Source: Chiloscyllium plagiosum (taxonomy: Eukaryota). Taken from it: a DNA stretch of 55,464 nucleotides. The notes under the pieces are model-generated. The model did no database searches. It was not told where the DNA came from and worked only from the letters and a program-made list of their open reading frames with translations. The stretch covers positions 65,302,218 through 65,357,681 of the forward strand of contig NC_057717.1 of assembly GCF_004010195.1 (NCBI RefSeq). Direction: 5' to 3'. Position numbers and translations under genes: made by a program. Shown piece after piece: positions 23,193-36,200 of the stretch (within the stretch, counting starts at the first letter, position 1; each line of letters opens with the position of its first letter).

Positions 23193-23489
23193 ATACCTCA
23201 CATGGGTCAGTTCTTGCTTAAACTTCTCACAACCCCATCTTGCTGTTCCACCAGGATGTTGATTCCACTTGGCGATGTTGAAGGAGACAGATATTGACTG
23301 AACGTGATTCCCGTGTTTAAAGGAAACAGTGCTCCCACTCCTGTTACCTGGGTTTGCTCCCAGACAGACTATTTCGTGTTAAGTGTTCAATGATGGCTCA
23401 CTGGTTTTATCACTTCCCTGTGCAGCGAAATATGCAGGAATACCCTCAATAGCTGGTTGCAAATCTCTCTCATGGATTTAGTTCAACGT

Positions 23490-23571
23490 GGTAGCGTGGC
23501 TGAGTTGGCTTAGGTGCTGGATTTAGGCGTTGGTGTCAAAGTAGGTGTGGGTTTGTATCCCATTGCTACCA
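23490..23571 (+). pseudogene. tRNA-Leu(TAG) pseudogene
   Basis: 82 nt; ggtagcgtggctgag...ggtgctggattTAGgc...ggtgtgggtttgtatcccattgctacca is colinear with vertebrate Leu-TAG. Many CpG-type changes; anticodon stem and B-box are damaged. Confidence 0.85.
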
Positions 23572-23707
23572 TTTATTCTGATAAGTTGCATCTTGTTGCA
23601 GGTGAGTTCTGTTCAAGTTGAACGCAACAAAATATAACGTGATTCGTGCAAATGGATCCAGGATGCGTGACAGCACAGAAGCGTCTGAATGTCAACAGCC
23701 ACACTGT

Positions 23708-23780
23708 GTTTCTCTGGTGTAGTGGTTGTCAGATTCAATTCAGAGAGGAAAGCTTTTCTTTCCGATTCAGGGCAGAAACA
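23708..23780 (+). pseudogene. tRNA-Val pseudogene
   Basis: 73 nt; gtttctctggtgtagtggttgtca...gaaag...gggcagaaaca is colinear with GTTTCCGTAGTGTAGTGGTTATCAC...GAAAG...GGGCGGAAACA. Anticodon and T arms are decayed. Confidence 0.75.
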
Positions 23781-23825
23781 AGGCTTTGCTGATGATTCAT
23801 TGTGCAGGAGCGTTCCTTAGTCCAA

Positions 23826-24176
23826 GCAGGGTAGCTCAGTGGTTAGCTCGACTGTATCGCAATATCAAAGACCTGAGTTCAATTCCAGTCAGGGGTCGCT
23901 GTCTGAGTGGATTTTGCAAATTCTCGCCTTGCCTGAGTGGGTTTCCGCAAGTCATTCCTCCTTCCCCACACTGTTCAAGATGACCAGCTCATGTGGATTG
24001 GTCAAGCTAAGTTGTCTGCAATATCCGGGGACATGCAGGCTGGGTGCATTAACGATGGAAAATGCAGAGTGATAGAGATTTGGTAGGGTGTGAGTGTGCA
24101 CGGAATTGTCTGTGGAGGATTAGTGTGAAGGAGGTGTGTCAAATACCCTGTTTCTAAACTATAATGATTCTATGAT
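23826..24176 (+). mobile_element. Old HE1 (V-SINE) copy
   Basis: tRNA-like head ggtagctcagtggttagc, V-domain-like gagtgggtttcc...ccccaca and a CR1-like tail; homologous to 29203-29516. Confidence 0.7.
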
Positions 24177-24492
24177 GAACAGCGTTGTTTCAGAAATACT
24201 CTGAGGGAATAATCTCTGAGTTAATTCAAATGCCCTTTCCTCAGTGAGGCAGTTAGATCTGTACAAACTGCTCAAATTGTGACTTCACTACGATCCTGAG
24301 CAGCAGCAGCAATATTTTGCCAGCCTAATAAAAGGTTCCCAGCAGACAGGTTAGAACAATAGCAGCTCTCTAGGGGAACACACAGCGCTGTTGAAAGGTC
24401 ATTGTGCTTGCCGGCTCCACCAGAATAACAGCAGATCTGGTAAACGTTTCACATGGTCACTTCAGAAAAGAGATATGATGTTGCAACATGAT

Positions 24493-27228
24493 CTGAAAAT
24501 GTGTTGCTGGAAAAGTGCAGCAGGTCAGGCAGCATCCAAGGAACAGGGGTATCGACGTTTCGGGCGTAAGCCCTTCTTCAGGAATGAGGAAAGTGTGTCC
24601 AGCAGGCTAAGATAAAAGGTAGGGAGGAGGAACTTGGGGGAGAGGCGTTGGAAATGCGATAGGTGGAAGGAGGTCAAGGTGAGGGTGATCGGCCGGAGCG
24701 GGGTGGGGGCGGAGAGGTCAGGAAGAAGATTGCAGGTTAGGAAGGCGGTGCTGAGTTCGACAGATTTGACTGAGACAAGGTGGGGGGAGGGGAAATGAGG
24801 AAACTGGAGAAATCTGAGTTCATCCCTTGTGGTTAGAGGGTTCTCCTAGGCGGAAGATGAGGCGCTCTTCCTCCAACCGTCGTGTTGCTATGGTCTGGCG
24901 ATGGAGGAGTCCAAGGACCTGCATGTCCTTGGTGGAGTGGGATGGGGAGTTGAAGTGTTGAGCCACGGGGTGGTTGGGTTTGTTGGTCCGGGTGGCCCAG
25001 ATGTGTTCTCTGAAACGTTCCACAATTAGATGGCCTGTCTCCCCAATATAGAGGAGGCCACATCGGGTGCAGCAGATGCAATAAATGATGTGTGTGGAGG
25101 TGCAGGTGAATTTGTGGCGGATATGGAAGCATCCATGGGGGCCTTGGAGCGAAGTAAGGGGGGAGGTGTGGGCGCAAGTTTTGCATTTCTTGCGGTTGCA
25201 GGGGAATGTGCCGGGAGTGGAGGTAGGTTTGGTGAGGGGTGTGGGCCTGCCGACGGAGTCACGGAGAGAGTGGTCTTTTCGGAACGCTGATAGGGGAGGG
25301 GAGGGGAGGGAAATATATACCTGGTGGTGGGGTGCGTTTGGAGATGCCGGAAATGACGGCAGATGATACGCTGTACTTGGAGGTTGGTGGGGTGGTAGGT
25401 GAGAACCAGTGGGGTTCTGTCCTGGTGGCGGTTGGAGGGACGGGGCTCAAGGCCGGAGGAGCGGGAAGTGGAAGAGATGCGGTAGAGGGCTTCGTTAGTC
25501 ACGTCTGGGGGAAAATTGCGGTCCTTGTAGAAGGAGGGCATCTGGGTTTTACGGTTTTGGAACTGGTCCTCCTGGGAGCAGATGCGGAAGATACGAAGGA
25601 ATTGGGAATATGGGATGGCGTTTTTACAGGGGGCAGGGTGGGAGGAGGTGTAGTCCAGGTAGCTGTTGTAGTCGGTCGGTTTATATTAAATGTACATGTT
25701 GATTCGGTCGTCCGAGATAGAAATGGAAAGGTCTAGGAAGGGGAGGGAGAAATCTGAGACGGCCCTGGTGAATTTGAGGTGGGTGGAAGGTGTTGGTAAA
25801 GTGGATGAACTGTTCAAACTCCTCGTGGGAGCACGAGGCAGCGCCGATACAGTCATCGATGTAGCGGAGGAAAACGTCAGTGTAGTTGCGGAAGATGGAC
25901 TGTTCCACATATCCTATGAAGAGGCAGGCATAGCTGGGGCCGATGCGGTGCCCATGGCTACTCCTTTGGTTTGGAGGAAGTGGGAAGATTGGAAAGAGAA
26001 GTTATTCTGGGTGAGGACCAGTTCAGTCAGTCGAAGGAGGATGTCAGTGAAAGGGTCCTGGTTGGTATGGCCGGAAAGGAAGATTCGGAGGGCTTTGAGT
26101 CCTTCGTGATGTGGGATGGAGGTGTACAGGGACTGGATGTCCATGGTGAAGATAAGGCATTGGACCGGGGAAGCGAAAATCATGGAGGAGGTGGAGGGCG
26201 TGGGTGGTGTCCCGAACGTAGGTGGGGAGTTCTTGGACTAAGGGGGACAGAACCGTGTCGAGATATGCAGAGATGGGTTCGTTGGGGCAGGAGCAGGCTG
26301 AGACAATGGATCAGCCGGGGCAGTCAGGTTTGTGGATTTTGGGCAGGAGGTAGAAACGAGTTTTGCGGGTTTGTGGGACTATGAGGTTGGAGGCTGTGGA
26401 TGGGAGATCCCCTGAGATGATGAGGTTATGGATGGTCTGGGAGATGATGGTTTGGTGGTAGGACGTGGGGCATGGTCAAGGGGGCAGTAGGAGGAGGTGT
26501 CCACGAGCTGGCGTTTAGCCTCAGCAGTGTAAAGGTCGGTGCGCCAAACTACTACCGCGCCTCGGTTGTCTGCTGGTTTCATAGTGAGGTTGGGGTTGGA
26601 ATGGAGGGAGTGGAGGGCTGCACGTTCCGAGGGTGAGAGGTTGGAGTGGGTGAGAGGGGTGGAGCAGTTGACGCATTTAATGTCATGGCGGCAGTTGGCC
26701 ATGAAGAGATCGAGGGCGGGTAACAGGCCAGCACGGAGTGTCCAGGTGGATGGGGTGTGTTGGAGGCAGGAGAAGGGGTCGTCAGAGGGTGGGCGAGAGT
26801 CTTGGTTGAACAAGAAGGCACAAAGGTGAAGGCGGCGGAAGAATTGTTCGATGTCACGCTGCGTGTTGTACTCGTTGATCCGAGAGCGTAGGGGAATGAA
26901 GGTGAGGTCTCAGCTGAGGACTGATTTTTCATCCTAAGAGAGGAGTAGTTCTGGAGGGATGGTGAAAACACGGCAGGACTGGGAGCTCGGACCTGGGACC
27001 TGGTGTGGGGCTGGAGTTGGGATTGGGGGCGGGTTGTGCGTGGGGGCGGGGACGGAGATCGGCGTGGGTGCGGAGTTGGGCGTTATGACGGAGATCGGCG
27101 TGGGGGGGGGGCGGTATGCCCGAAACGTCGATTCTCCTGGTCCTTGGTTGCTGCCTGACCTGCTGCGCTTTTCCACCAACACATCTTCAGCTCTGATCTC
27201 CAGCATCTGCAGTCCTCACTTTCTCCTC
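24493..27228 (-). mobile_element. Neptune-type Penelope-like retroelement (RT, Zn-finger linker, GIY-YIG), frameshifted and 5'-truncated, with an oppositely oriented terminal repeat plus tail at 27115-27228
   Basis: TMDIQSLYTSIPH, KGVAMGT, FLRYIDDCIG, PCNRKKCKTC, IIYCI...YIGETG, ERFREH, PVAQHFN. 12-bp TSD ttgcaacatgat at 24481-24492 and 27229-27240. Confidence 0.93.
24552..24585 (-). ncRNA. Minimal hammerhead ribozyme motif in the PLE 3' terminal repeat (sense to the ORF)
   Basis: Minus strand reads auucCUGAAGA-A-GGGC(UUAC)GCCC-GAAA-C-GUCga. Confidence 0.7.
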
Positions 27229-27319
27229 TTGCAACATGATATTAATGCTGAGGTCAGACTTGCCAATCACCTTCCCTGTATCTACTGTCAATCTCCCAGA
27301 GCTCACGTCACTCAGACTC

Positions 27320-29170
27320 CACTGAATCTGATAAGGTGGAGATTAGAAACAGCAAGAGGAAGCAAACATTGAGGGGAGATGCATAGTAAAAAAAAAAGCT
27401 GCAATGCGAAAGTTGGGCATGGTATAAATCAGGAAATTAGATAAACCAGTTTGTGGATACAACAGAAATGAAGAAGCAATTCAATTTGCGTCCAACCCGT
27501 ATTAAACCATGGGAATGCTAATGCAGGGAGAAATGGATATCATGATCATGAATGAAATAGTTCACTTTAACAGTCTGTTGAGCAGAAAATATCAGATCAG
27601 GCTGTTTTGGAATTGCTGTTGTGTGATGAAAAGAGCTAATTGAAAACCTTGCTGTAAAGGAGCTATTGGGAATAGAGAAATTGGCATGACGTCTGAACAC
27701 AAACCAGATTTGTTTTTCAATTGCAAGTGCCTGAGTCCCGTCAGCCAAGAAGTAGTGAAGAATATGATGGCTTCAATGAATTGGATATGAACTTGAAAAA
27801 GGTTTCAAAAAGACAGGCAATGACTGTTACTTACTGAAAAACTCCAGGGTACAAAGTGTACATATATCCCTTGAGGGTGCAAATAGCAAAAGAGAAAGGT
27901 GATGGAATAATGGTTAACAACAAAAGCTGAAAGTTTTATGAGATCAAAGGAAATGGCTCAGAAAAATGTCAGATAGCGTGAATTCAGTGAAATTTGGGAA
28001 ACAACAATGAATGATCAAGAAACAGATAAGGAAATCAAAAAATGAAAACAAGGATGCAGAATAACAAGAAACATAAAGACTGATGAAAAGCTTCTATCAA
28101 TACTTAAGAGGAGAATAAAAGCAACTTGAAATGTGGAGCAGTTAATGTGCGAGCACGATAATATATTATGGGGAGGGAAAAATGACAGAGCAATTAGACA
28201 GTTACATTGTGACTGTGTTCATGGAGGAAGATCTAGAAAATCTCCCAGGAAAAACGTATGACGCAGGAATCTATGTAACTAAAACCCAAGCATTTGTATC
28301 AGTGACGAGGTAGTAATTGGAAACATCGCTTTATTGAGCATTGATTAGTCTGACGGATCAGATACACTAGATACCGGAATATCAGAGCAAGCAGAAATCG
28401 ACATATTGATTGCCTGGGAGAGCATGCATTTTCTACTTTAAAACTGGAAGTATAGAATTGCATTCCAATGGCTTTACAATGGAAGAAAAGGTTGAGTCGA
28501 GAACTACAGACCAGTTGCCTTGCCGTCCACGCGGGGGAATGTGTTGGAATTTACTATAAAATATGTAATATTGCACACTTAGAAAATGCTAGTAGAACTG
28601 TGTGGGGCAGCAAAAGCACAAGAGGTCATACAGCATCCAAGTAGCAGGAGAGATGATGTTTCGGCCATATTCACTTCATCAGTAATGTTGGTGCAGAGGT
28701 GTCAAGAGGCTGAGAGATCAATACGGCGTGGGGTATCTGGGAAGCTGGCAAAAGGTATCTGGGAAGGTGATGGGTAGATACAGATGAGAATTTACAATGA
28801 CAGGTCGGAGGGGATTGAGCAGCAGATAGGTGGGAAAGAAGACGGATGCAGCGACAGGTAAAGAGGGCCTTTCAGCCTCGTTCTCCCTTCACCCCAGAAA
28901 CCTGATGAAGGTCTTTTGCCCGAAACTTGTAATCGCCTCCTCCTTGGTAATTGTCTGACCAGCTGTGCTTTTCCAGTGCCACACTTTTCGACTCTAACTC
29001 TCAAGCATCTGCAGTCCTCAATTTCACCTAGAAAGTAAAAGCAAACTTCAAGAGAATGACTGCCTTTTTATGAAAATTTATATTATTATTCCTTGAAGAT
29101 ATATGTTGTAGACATTAACAATTAGGAACTGGTGGATATGGTATAGTTTGATGCTCAGGAGGAATATTTA
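27320..29170 (+). mobile_element. Very old CR1 ORF2 remnant, with an inverted PLE-end pair inserted at ~28590-29030
   Basis: Decayed colinear CR1 DNA (gagaactacagaccagtt = ENYRPV near 28500). The insert carries CTGATGA...GAAAC cores at 28676-28682 (-) and 28902-28908 (+). Confidence 0.6.
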
Positions 29171-29202
29171 GAGAACTCAGATAGCAAGTTGGTAGAACAA
29201 TT

Positions 29203-29516
29203 GCACGGTGGCACAGTGGTCAGCACCGCTGCCTCACAGCGCCAGAGACCCGGGTTCAATTCCCGCCTCAGGTGATTGACTGTGTGGAGTTTACACATTC
29301 TCCCCGTATCTGCGTGGGTTTCCTCCGGGTGCTCCGGTTTCCTCCCACAGCCCAAAAATGTGTAGGTTAGGTGAATTGACCATGCTAAATTGCCCATACT
29401 GTTAGGTGCAGGTGCTAAATGTCGGGCAATGGGTCTGGGTGGGTGTGCTTCTGCGGGTCGGTGTGGACTTGTTTGGCCGAAGGGCCTGTTTCCACACTGT
29501 GAGTAGTCTAATCTAA
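29203..29516 (+). mobile_element. HE1 SINE (V-SINE), well preserved
   Basis: gcacggtggcacagtggtcagcaccgctgcctcacagcgccagagacccgggttcaattccc head; V-domain tgcgtgggtttcctccgggtgctccggtttcctcccacag; CR1-like tail ggccgaagggcctgtttccacactg...(tctaa)n. Confidence 0.92.
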
Positions 29517-30634
29517 ACAATGTGTTTGACTCTGAATTTCCCTCTTGTCAGTTAGATATGGGCAGCAAATTATGGTACAACCAGCGATATCGTAAATCAC
29601 TGAGTAGGAAACAACGACATGGACGCCTGTTCTCCAGTCAGATGTTACATAGTCCATCTCCATTTATGACTGTATCTGGAAGCACGGCACAGCTTCGATC
29701 TGATCAGATTTTATTTAATGTGGTCATTCCCCATTGCTTATCCATACAATTGACTGAAAGGCCCAGCACAACAGATGTTGGTTTTGCATCTTGGAATGTC
29801 AGCAATCAAGTGCGTTAGTTATACCGAAATGTCAATATTTTTGCGTCCATATGGCTCTGACACATGCATGTTCGCCACACTCATCACTGAAGAATAGATC
29901 AGTTGATGTTAATGGTAGGCTGAGGAATTATCCCGGGGGGAAAATTTACAGATTGTGATTGAACACTATTCTGCTGCTGCTGCTGATGGCTTCTACAGCA
30001 GCACATGAATGCCGAGTTCTGAGCTGCAATACCTGTAATACCATTGTGCTGGCTGTCCCCAGCTTAGACCAAGAGCCCTTCACCCATTAATCCTGAGCTC
30101 AGTGACCTACTCTGGACTCTGATGTGGTTACTTTAATATTCTCATTCTGTTAGCGTCTCGCCATGGTGTCACGCATCCAGTTTGACTCATTCCTCAAAAC
30201 ATATCATTGACATATCATCTGAATCTTCTCCCTTCCAGGAGGCACATCTTCTGTATTTAATGTGAATGTTCAAAGTTTGTGAGAAGATTAATGTGAATGT
30301 ATTTCCCTCTGTTTCTCTTCTCACCCGTGGTTAAGAGCTCTGCGCTGTCAGTGATACCAAATTCAGAATCAATGAATTTGTGCACCTTGTGTTATCGCTC
30401 ACTTCCCATTGTAGGACACTCCATGTCGAACAGGGTGTTTTATCAGTTCTAACACACGCCTTTGAAACTTGTTCAAGAGCTACAATTGTTGGAGAACCGA
30501 GGCAAGTTTGGCCGCAACTGTGGAGTAAAAGCAGAGTTAGTCTTTCAAATCCAGAGAGCATTCCTCTTCGCTTCTAGTTTCTCCAGCTATTTTCATTTTC
30601 ATTTCCGGTATCCATAGCTACTTGTTTAATTGAA

Positions 30635-32040
30635 ATTTTGTTCTGTGCCCATTGCAGACTGCAGAAGCTCAGCAGGTCTGGCAGCATCTGTAGAGACAGA
30701 GAAATACATTTAATATTTCACATCCAGTGTAATACTTCTTCAGAACTGAAAAAAAGATTGGAAAATCGGCTTTTTAATGCCTTCACAGAGGTGGCGGGGG
30801 AGGGGGGAAGGTTGGATGGCAGGAAACACAGCACGTGGAGGAGCAATGCCACAAAACAATGGGCTTTCAATTGTGGTGAAAGAGATATAGATATTAGATT
30901 AATATAAATTAAGGTGTGAATGAATGGGGCAAAGACGTTCTGTCTTTTGAATGAAAGATAAACAAGACTCAGCCACATCAATTTATAAGGGACACGAAGA
31001 GGGTGAATGTAAAAAAAATGGAGAACAGTCATGATGGGAATAAACCCTGAAGTTACGGAATTGAATATTAACTCCGTCAGGCTAGAACGTACCTAAATGT
31101 AAATTGACGTCTGACTAGAGCATGGGTTGTGCTTAAATGGAAAACAGGACCGAAATGTCAGCATGAGAGCAAGATAGATTATTGAAGTATGAAGCCATGA
31201 GAAGGCCATGTTTATTCTTACAGACAGTTGGAATTGCTTCTCAAGCAGACTTTTTTCGCAGCCTCAGCAAAGTAAAGGAGACTGCATTGTGAGCAGCAAT
31301 TACAGTGGACTGGTTTGAAAGAGTACAAATGAAATACTGCTTCATCTAAAAGGTGTGGGCCTTGGACGGGATAGTGGGAAACGGTGAATACGAAAGCGTT
31401 GCATCTTCTGCAATTGCATGAAAAGTGTTTTGGGGGAGTAGGGAAGTGTTTGCGGTGGTGGAAGGTGTCAAAAGTGTGGTGCTGGAAAAGCACAGCCGTT
31501 CAGGCAGCATCCGAGGAGCAGGAAAAGCGACGTTTTATCTCTCCACCCCAGAAGCACTCAGCCTCATTCCTGCCCGAAATGTCGATTTTCCTGCTGCTCG
31601 GATGCTGCCTGACCTGCTGTGCTTTTCCAGCGCCACATTCTCGACTCTAATATCCAAAATTTGCAGTCCTCTCTTTCACCAGGATGGAGGGTGTCACAGA
31701 GTGAATGGTCCCTGTGAATTACCGACAGTGGATGGAACGGGAAGAGGTGTTTGATAGTGCTGTCCTGCTGGTGGAGTAGGAAGTTGTGGAGGATGATCCT
31801 CTGAATGTTGATTCTAGTGCAGTCGAATGTGAGGACTAGGGGATCTCTGTCATTGTTCTGGGCAGGCGGGGAAGGCTGAGGGGTTAGTAGAAGAAGATAG
31901 GACAGGAACAGCTGAAGATCATGTCCACTACAGTTGCGGGGATTTGTCATTGACAGAAAAGGACGTCATGTAGGACGCTTGCTCGTGAAATATGGAATCA
32001 TCAAACGGAAATGACAGAGAGAACAGCAACTGGGATAATT
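30635..32040 (-). mobile_element. Old Neptune-like PLE remnant with a nested fold-back PLE-end insertion (31471-31684)
   Basis: DRDPLVLTF...IQRIILHNF and FSCNCRRCNA are homologous to the young Neptune ORF. The nested insert is flanked by tggaaggtgtca (31459-31470) and tggagggtgtca (31685-31696). Confidence 0.75.
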
Positions 32041-32279
32041 TTATCATTTTCAGATGATAAAGTGTTCAGCCGCATGCAAATCATTGAAAACAATCAGACA
32101 TCGAAATTGCAGTTTTCTATCTTATGTTGGATGTGAAAATATATCCAGGTGAATATTCGTGTGTGTAGATAGGCGGACACTTAAGCAAACATTGCATTAC
32201 GCTCAGCAATAATTGTTTCTGTTTGAAAAGAAAGACTTGATCAGAAGATGAACTACCCATAGTTCAAAAAGGCTGTCAA

Positions 32280-33280
32280 GGATTCCCCTCAATCACAATT
32301 TGTTGAGAACTAGTGTCGGACAGATTTTCCAGTAGTTGTAGTTCAAGATTAATGTTTGACACTTGGAAGCGAGAAAGTCAGGAAAGTATACACAAGAGAC
32401 CTGGAGTATGTGATGAGGGAATTCGTTAAAAGGGAAAAAGTGAGAATTTAAACCTACTTAACATTGTTGTTCACAGGGGGAATCTTTATGTATTTCAATG
32501 ATATAAGTAAGGTGTTAATAGGAGGCAAGTACTCAAATGGTCCCTCACAAAGGAACAATGATTTGGATAAAACGGTGAAACTAAAGGTAGACAAGTTGGC
32601 AGCAACTGATACACAGTTTTCAAAGAAGTGGTTACAGAGTAACTGACGGCATTGCGTGAAATATTCCATAACTAGCCAGATTACAAGAGTATTCCAACGA
32701 AACTGAAGAATCTCCAAAGTCGCACCTGCCTTCTACAAGACAGCGAGACAGAAAACAGGGAATCATGTTAGAGCGTGTTTTTCTTTTAAGGGTTTCCAGG
32801 GCATTTCGACAAGCTTTAGGCAGAATCAACATGGTTTTGTGAAAGGGAAATGATGTTTGCCCTGCGATATTTTACTTGAAATCCTTGCAGACAGTTCATT
32901 GGGGTTTCAAGAGACTATCTTCAGGTACTACAAAATAAAGGTCCCTACACAAGACTGGAGCTCACAGTATGACGGGTAATGTATCTCCTGGATAATCACA
33001 AATATCATTGCGATGGCATCAGTGGGAGCTCAGTGCGATAATTATCTAAGTTTGCCTTTGAGTAAAATATATGAGGGAAGGCTTGTTGCAGTAAGAATGT
33101 GAGGAATCTCAAAGTGAACGTAGATAAGCTGAGTGAATGGGCAAATAATTGACGGATGGAGTTTATTGTAAAAACTTAGCGTGAGGTCATGTACTTTGGC
33201 ACTGAGAGCCGCAAGTCAAGCTAGTATTGAATGTGGAGGAAATCAAAGAAAATTGCAGCACAAAGGGTTCCTCGAATGAA
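32280..33280 (+). mobile_element. Old CR1 ORF2 remnant
   Basis: cagaatcaacatggttttgtgaaagggaaatgatgtttg (QHGFVKGK.CL); gataagctgagtgaatgggca (DKLSEWA). Confidence 0.65.
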
Positions 33281-33289
33281 ATAGAAAAC

Positions 33290-36200
33290 GGTGTTGATGA
33301 GAAAACGCGGACCCTGTTCATTTGTGTGTCGTTAGTGTTTCCTTGTCCAGTTTGACTTTTATGGATGTCAACAGGGCAGTTCAGTCAAAGTCATCCTCAT
33401 CTATGTTGCTATCTTTGAAAGTCTTCAGGAAGTTTTGGGTGGAGTGGATGGAATGGCGAGTGTCTTCTACTAAGTTTTTTAGACGTTGTTTTAGCTCTTT
33501 GGCCAGCCTGTAAGTTGGTGTTCCAGGTAGCGAGACTAAGGGTCTCAGAAGTCTCCTGGTTTGTGTATTTTGTGTCATCCGTGGTTTCATTTTTTGGAAG
33601 AACGGTCTTAATTAGTTCTCCAGATTTTAGAAGGTTTTTGTACAGGGCTGTGATTCGGTTCTCTAGTTGTGGGGTCGTGTCTATCGGCACTTGTTGTTAA
33701 GTGTTGGTATTTGAAGTAGTGCGTTCGCTTTGTCAATGTAGGATCTTTGATTTAAAATGACTGGCAATCGTCTTTTTTGTGCAGTTGGAATAATAATGAT
33801 TTTATCTTTATTGACATTTTTCTAGTGCGCTCCTTTCTTGTGGATTGAGTGTATTTCCTTCCTTTTCCAACTTCGTGTTGGAGCGACTGTCTCTCCGATG
33901 GTTTGCTTGGTTTATTGTTTGAGGTGGCTGTCGTTCAATGTGGTTTCTAACGTTGTTAATAAATCGCTCTCGTCTGCATCCTAATCTTGTAACTAAGATG
34001 GTTTTTTCAATGTGTATTCAAGATTGTTAAGATTATTTTTTTAAATCCATGCATCTGTGCTCTCTGTGTTGTTATTTTGTGTAATCTTGTCTATGTGTTT
34101 CAACAGATCTAGTTTTCCATGTTTTTTGTGTTTGTCGTTGTCTAATGTCGATAGCAGATTCAACTTTGTCTCTCCATTCATAGCCCATTACATAAGAGAG
34201 TGAAGATTTGTGTCGCAAATCTTCCCAGTTGTATTTATGGAGTCTGTTGTGGGCCTTATTAAAAGCATATCCTGAAGCATTCTGTGGTAATTTTACTCTG
34301 TCATTCGTTTGGCACGTAGGGTCTTCAATGTGGTCTATATTTAATCCTCTTACTCAGATGGATACTAAGATACTATTTAAGACATTTTTGTAACACTTGT
34401 TTCATTAGGCATTCGTGCAGGAAGTACAGCTGTTCGCGGGTAGCGCTCTGTCGGATGGTATTGATTTCTCTTTGACAAAACCCTTTGAAGTAACAGCCCT
34501 ATTCATATCTAACAACATCAACCTGGACTACACTAATAGAAGAACTAAAGACACATACACCAAATTCCAGCAACTTCATCAGCAAGGACAATATCTTACA
34601 GCTACTGGACCTATCCATTAACACCCACTTCACCTTTAACAAAAAGAAAACTACAGACAACTGAGCACCAACGGGATCTCCAATGTTAGGAATTTTAACA
34701 GAGGAAATAATGCTGAGACGCGAACAGACAGCTCTGCCGTCAAACCAACCCAAACTTTGTGTCCGCTTTCTGGATGCCACATTTGTCATCACTAAACAAA
34801 GCAAATTAGAAGAAACCTTCAAGGTGTTCAATAAAAAGCTTACCAGCATAACGTTCACGAAAGAGGAGGAAAACAAAAACAAACTGACCTTCCCAGATGT
34901 CGCAGTAGAGCGAACAGCCAATGTGGAAGTTCAAACCAGCATCTACAGGAAAACAACACATACGAAGCAAATAGTGAACTACTGAAGCAAGCATCCCAAC
35001 ATCCACAAACGAAGATGTATTACAATATTATTTCAACGAGCCATCACACACTGCAGCAAAGAAAAACTACAAAGAGCAGAGGTAAATCACCTAGACAGTG
35101 TATTCAAAAAATGAGTACTCAATAATCACAAACCGCTGGTTTCTCAGCAACAATCCCAAAAAAAGCCGACCAAACATGTCCAGAAAGCCGAGCCACTCTC
35201 CAATACATCCATGACATCTCGGAAATTACTGTCAGACTACTCAGACCTTTCGCATCATAAAACCCTAAAATCCACCAACACACTAACACAGCAGTTAATG
35301 AATATGAAACACCCTATAGAGGCATCGGGCAAACCTTTTATCATTTTCAAAATATGCTGCATGAACTGTAATAAATACGACATTGGATAAATACAAAGAA
35401 AACTAGCCACCAGAACACATGCGCTTCAACTAGTTTCAAAAAGATACGGCCCACTAGAACATAGAACATAGAACATAGAACATAGAACAATACAGCACAG
35501 AACAGGCCCTTCGGTCCAAGATGTTGAACAGAACATTTGTCCTAGCTTAAGCACCCATCCATGTACCGATCCAATTGCCGCTTAAATGTCACCAAAGATT
35601 CTGACTCTACCACTCCCACAGGCAGCGCATTCCATGTCCCCACCACTCTCTGGGTAATGAACCCACCCCTGACATCTCCCCTATACCTTCCACCCTTCAC
35701 CTTAAATTTAAGTCCCCTTGTAACACTCTGTTGTACCCGGGGAAAAAGTTTCTGACTGTCTACTCTATCTATTCCTCTGATCATCTTATAAACCTCGATC
35801 AAGTCACCCCTCATCCTTCGCCGTTCCAATGAGAAAATGCGTAGCACTCTCAACCTATCCGCGTACGACCTATTCTCCATTCCAGGCAACATCCTGGTAA
35901 ATCTCCTCTGCACTCTCTCCAAAGTGAGGCGACCAGAACTGCACACAGTACTCCAAATGTGGCCTAACCAAAGTCCTGTCCAGTTGCAACATCACTTCAC
36001 GACTCTTGAATTCAATCCCTCTGCTAATGAACGCTAATACACCATAGGCCTTCTTACAAGCTCTATCCACCTGAGTGGCAACTTTCAAAGACCTATGAAC
36101 ATAGACCCCAAGATCCCACTGTTCCTCCACCTCACTAAGAACCCTACCGTTAACCCTGTATTCCGCAATATCACTCTCACTGATATTCTTAGATATCCAC

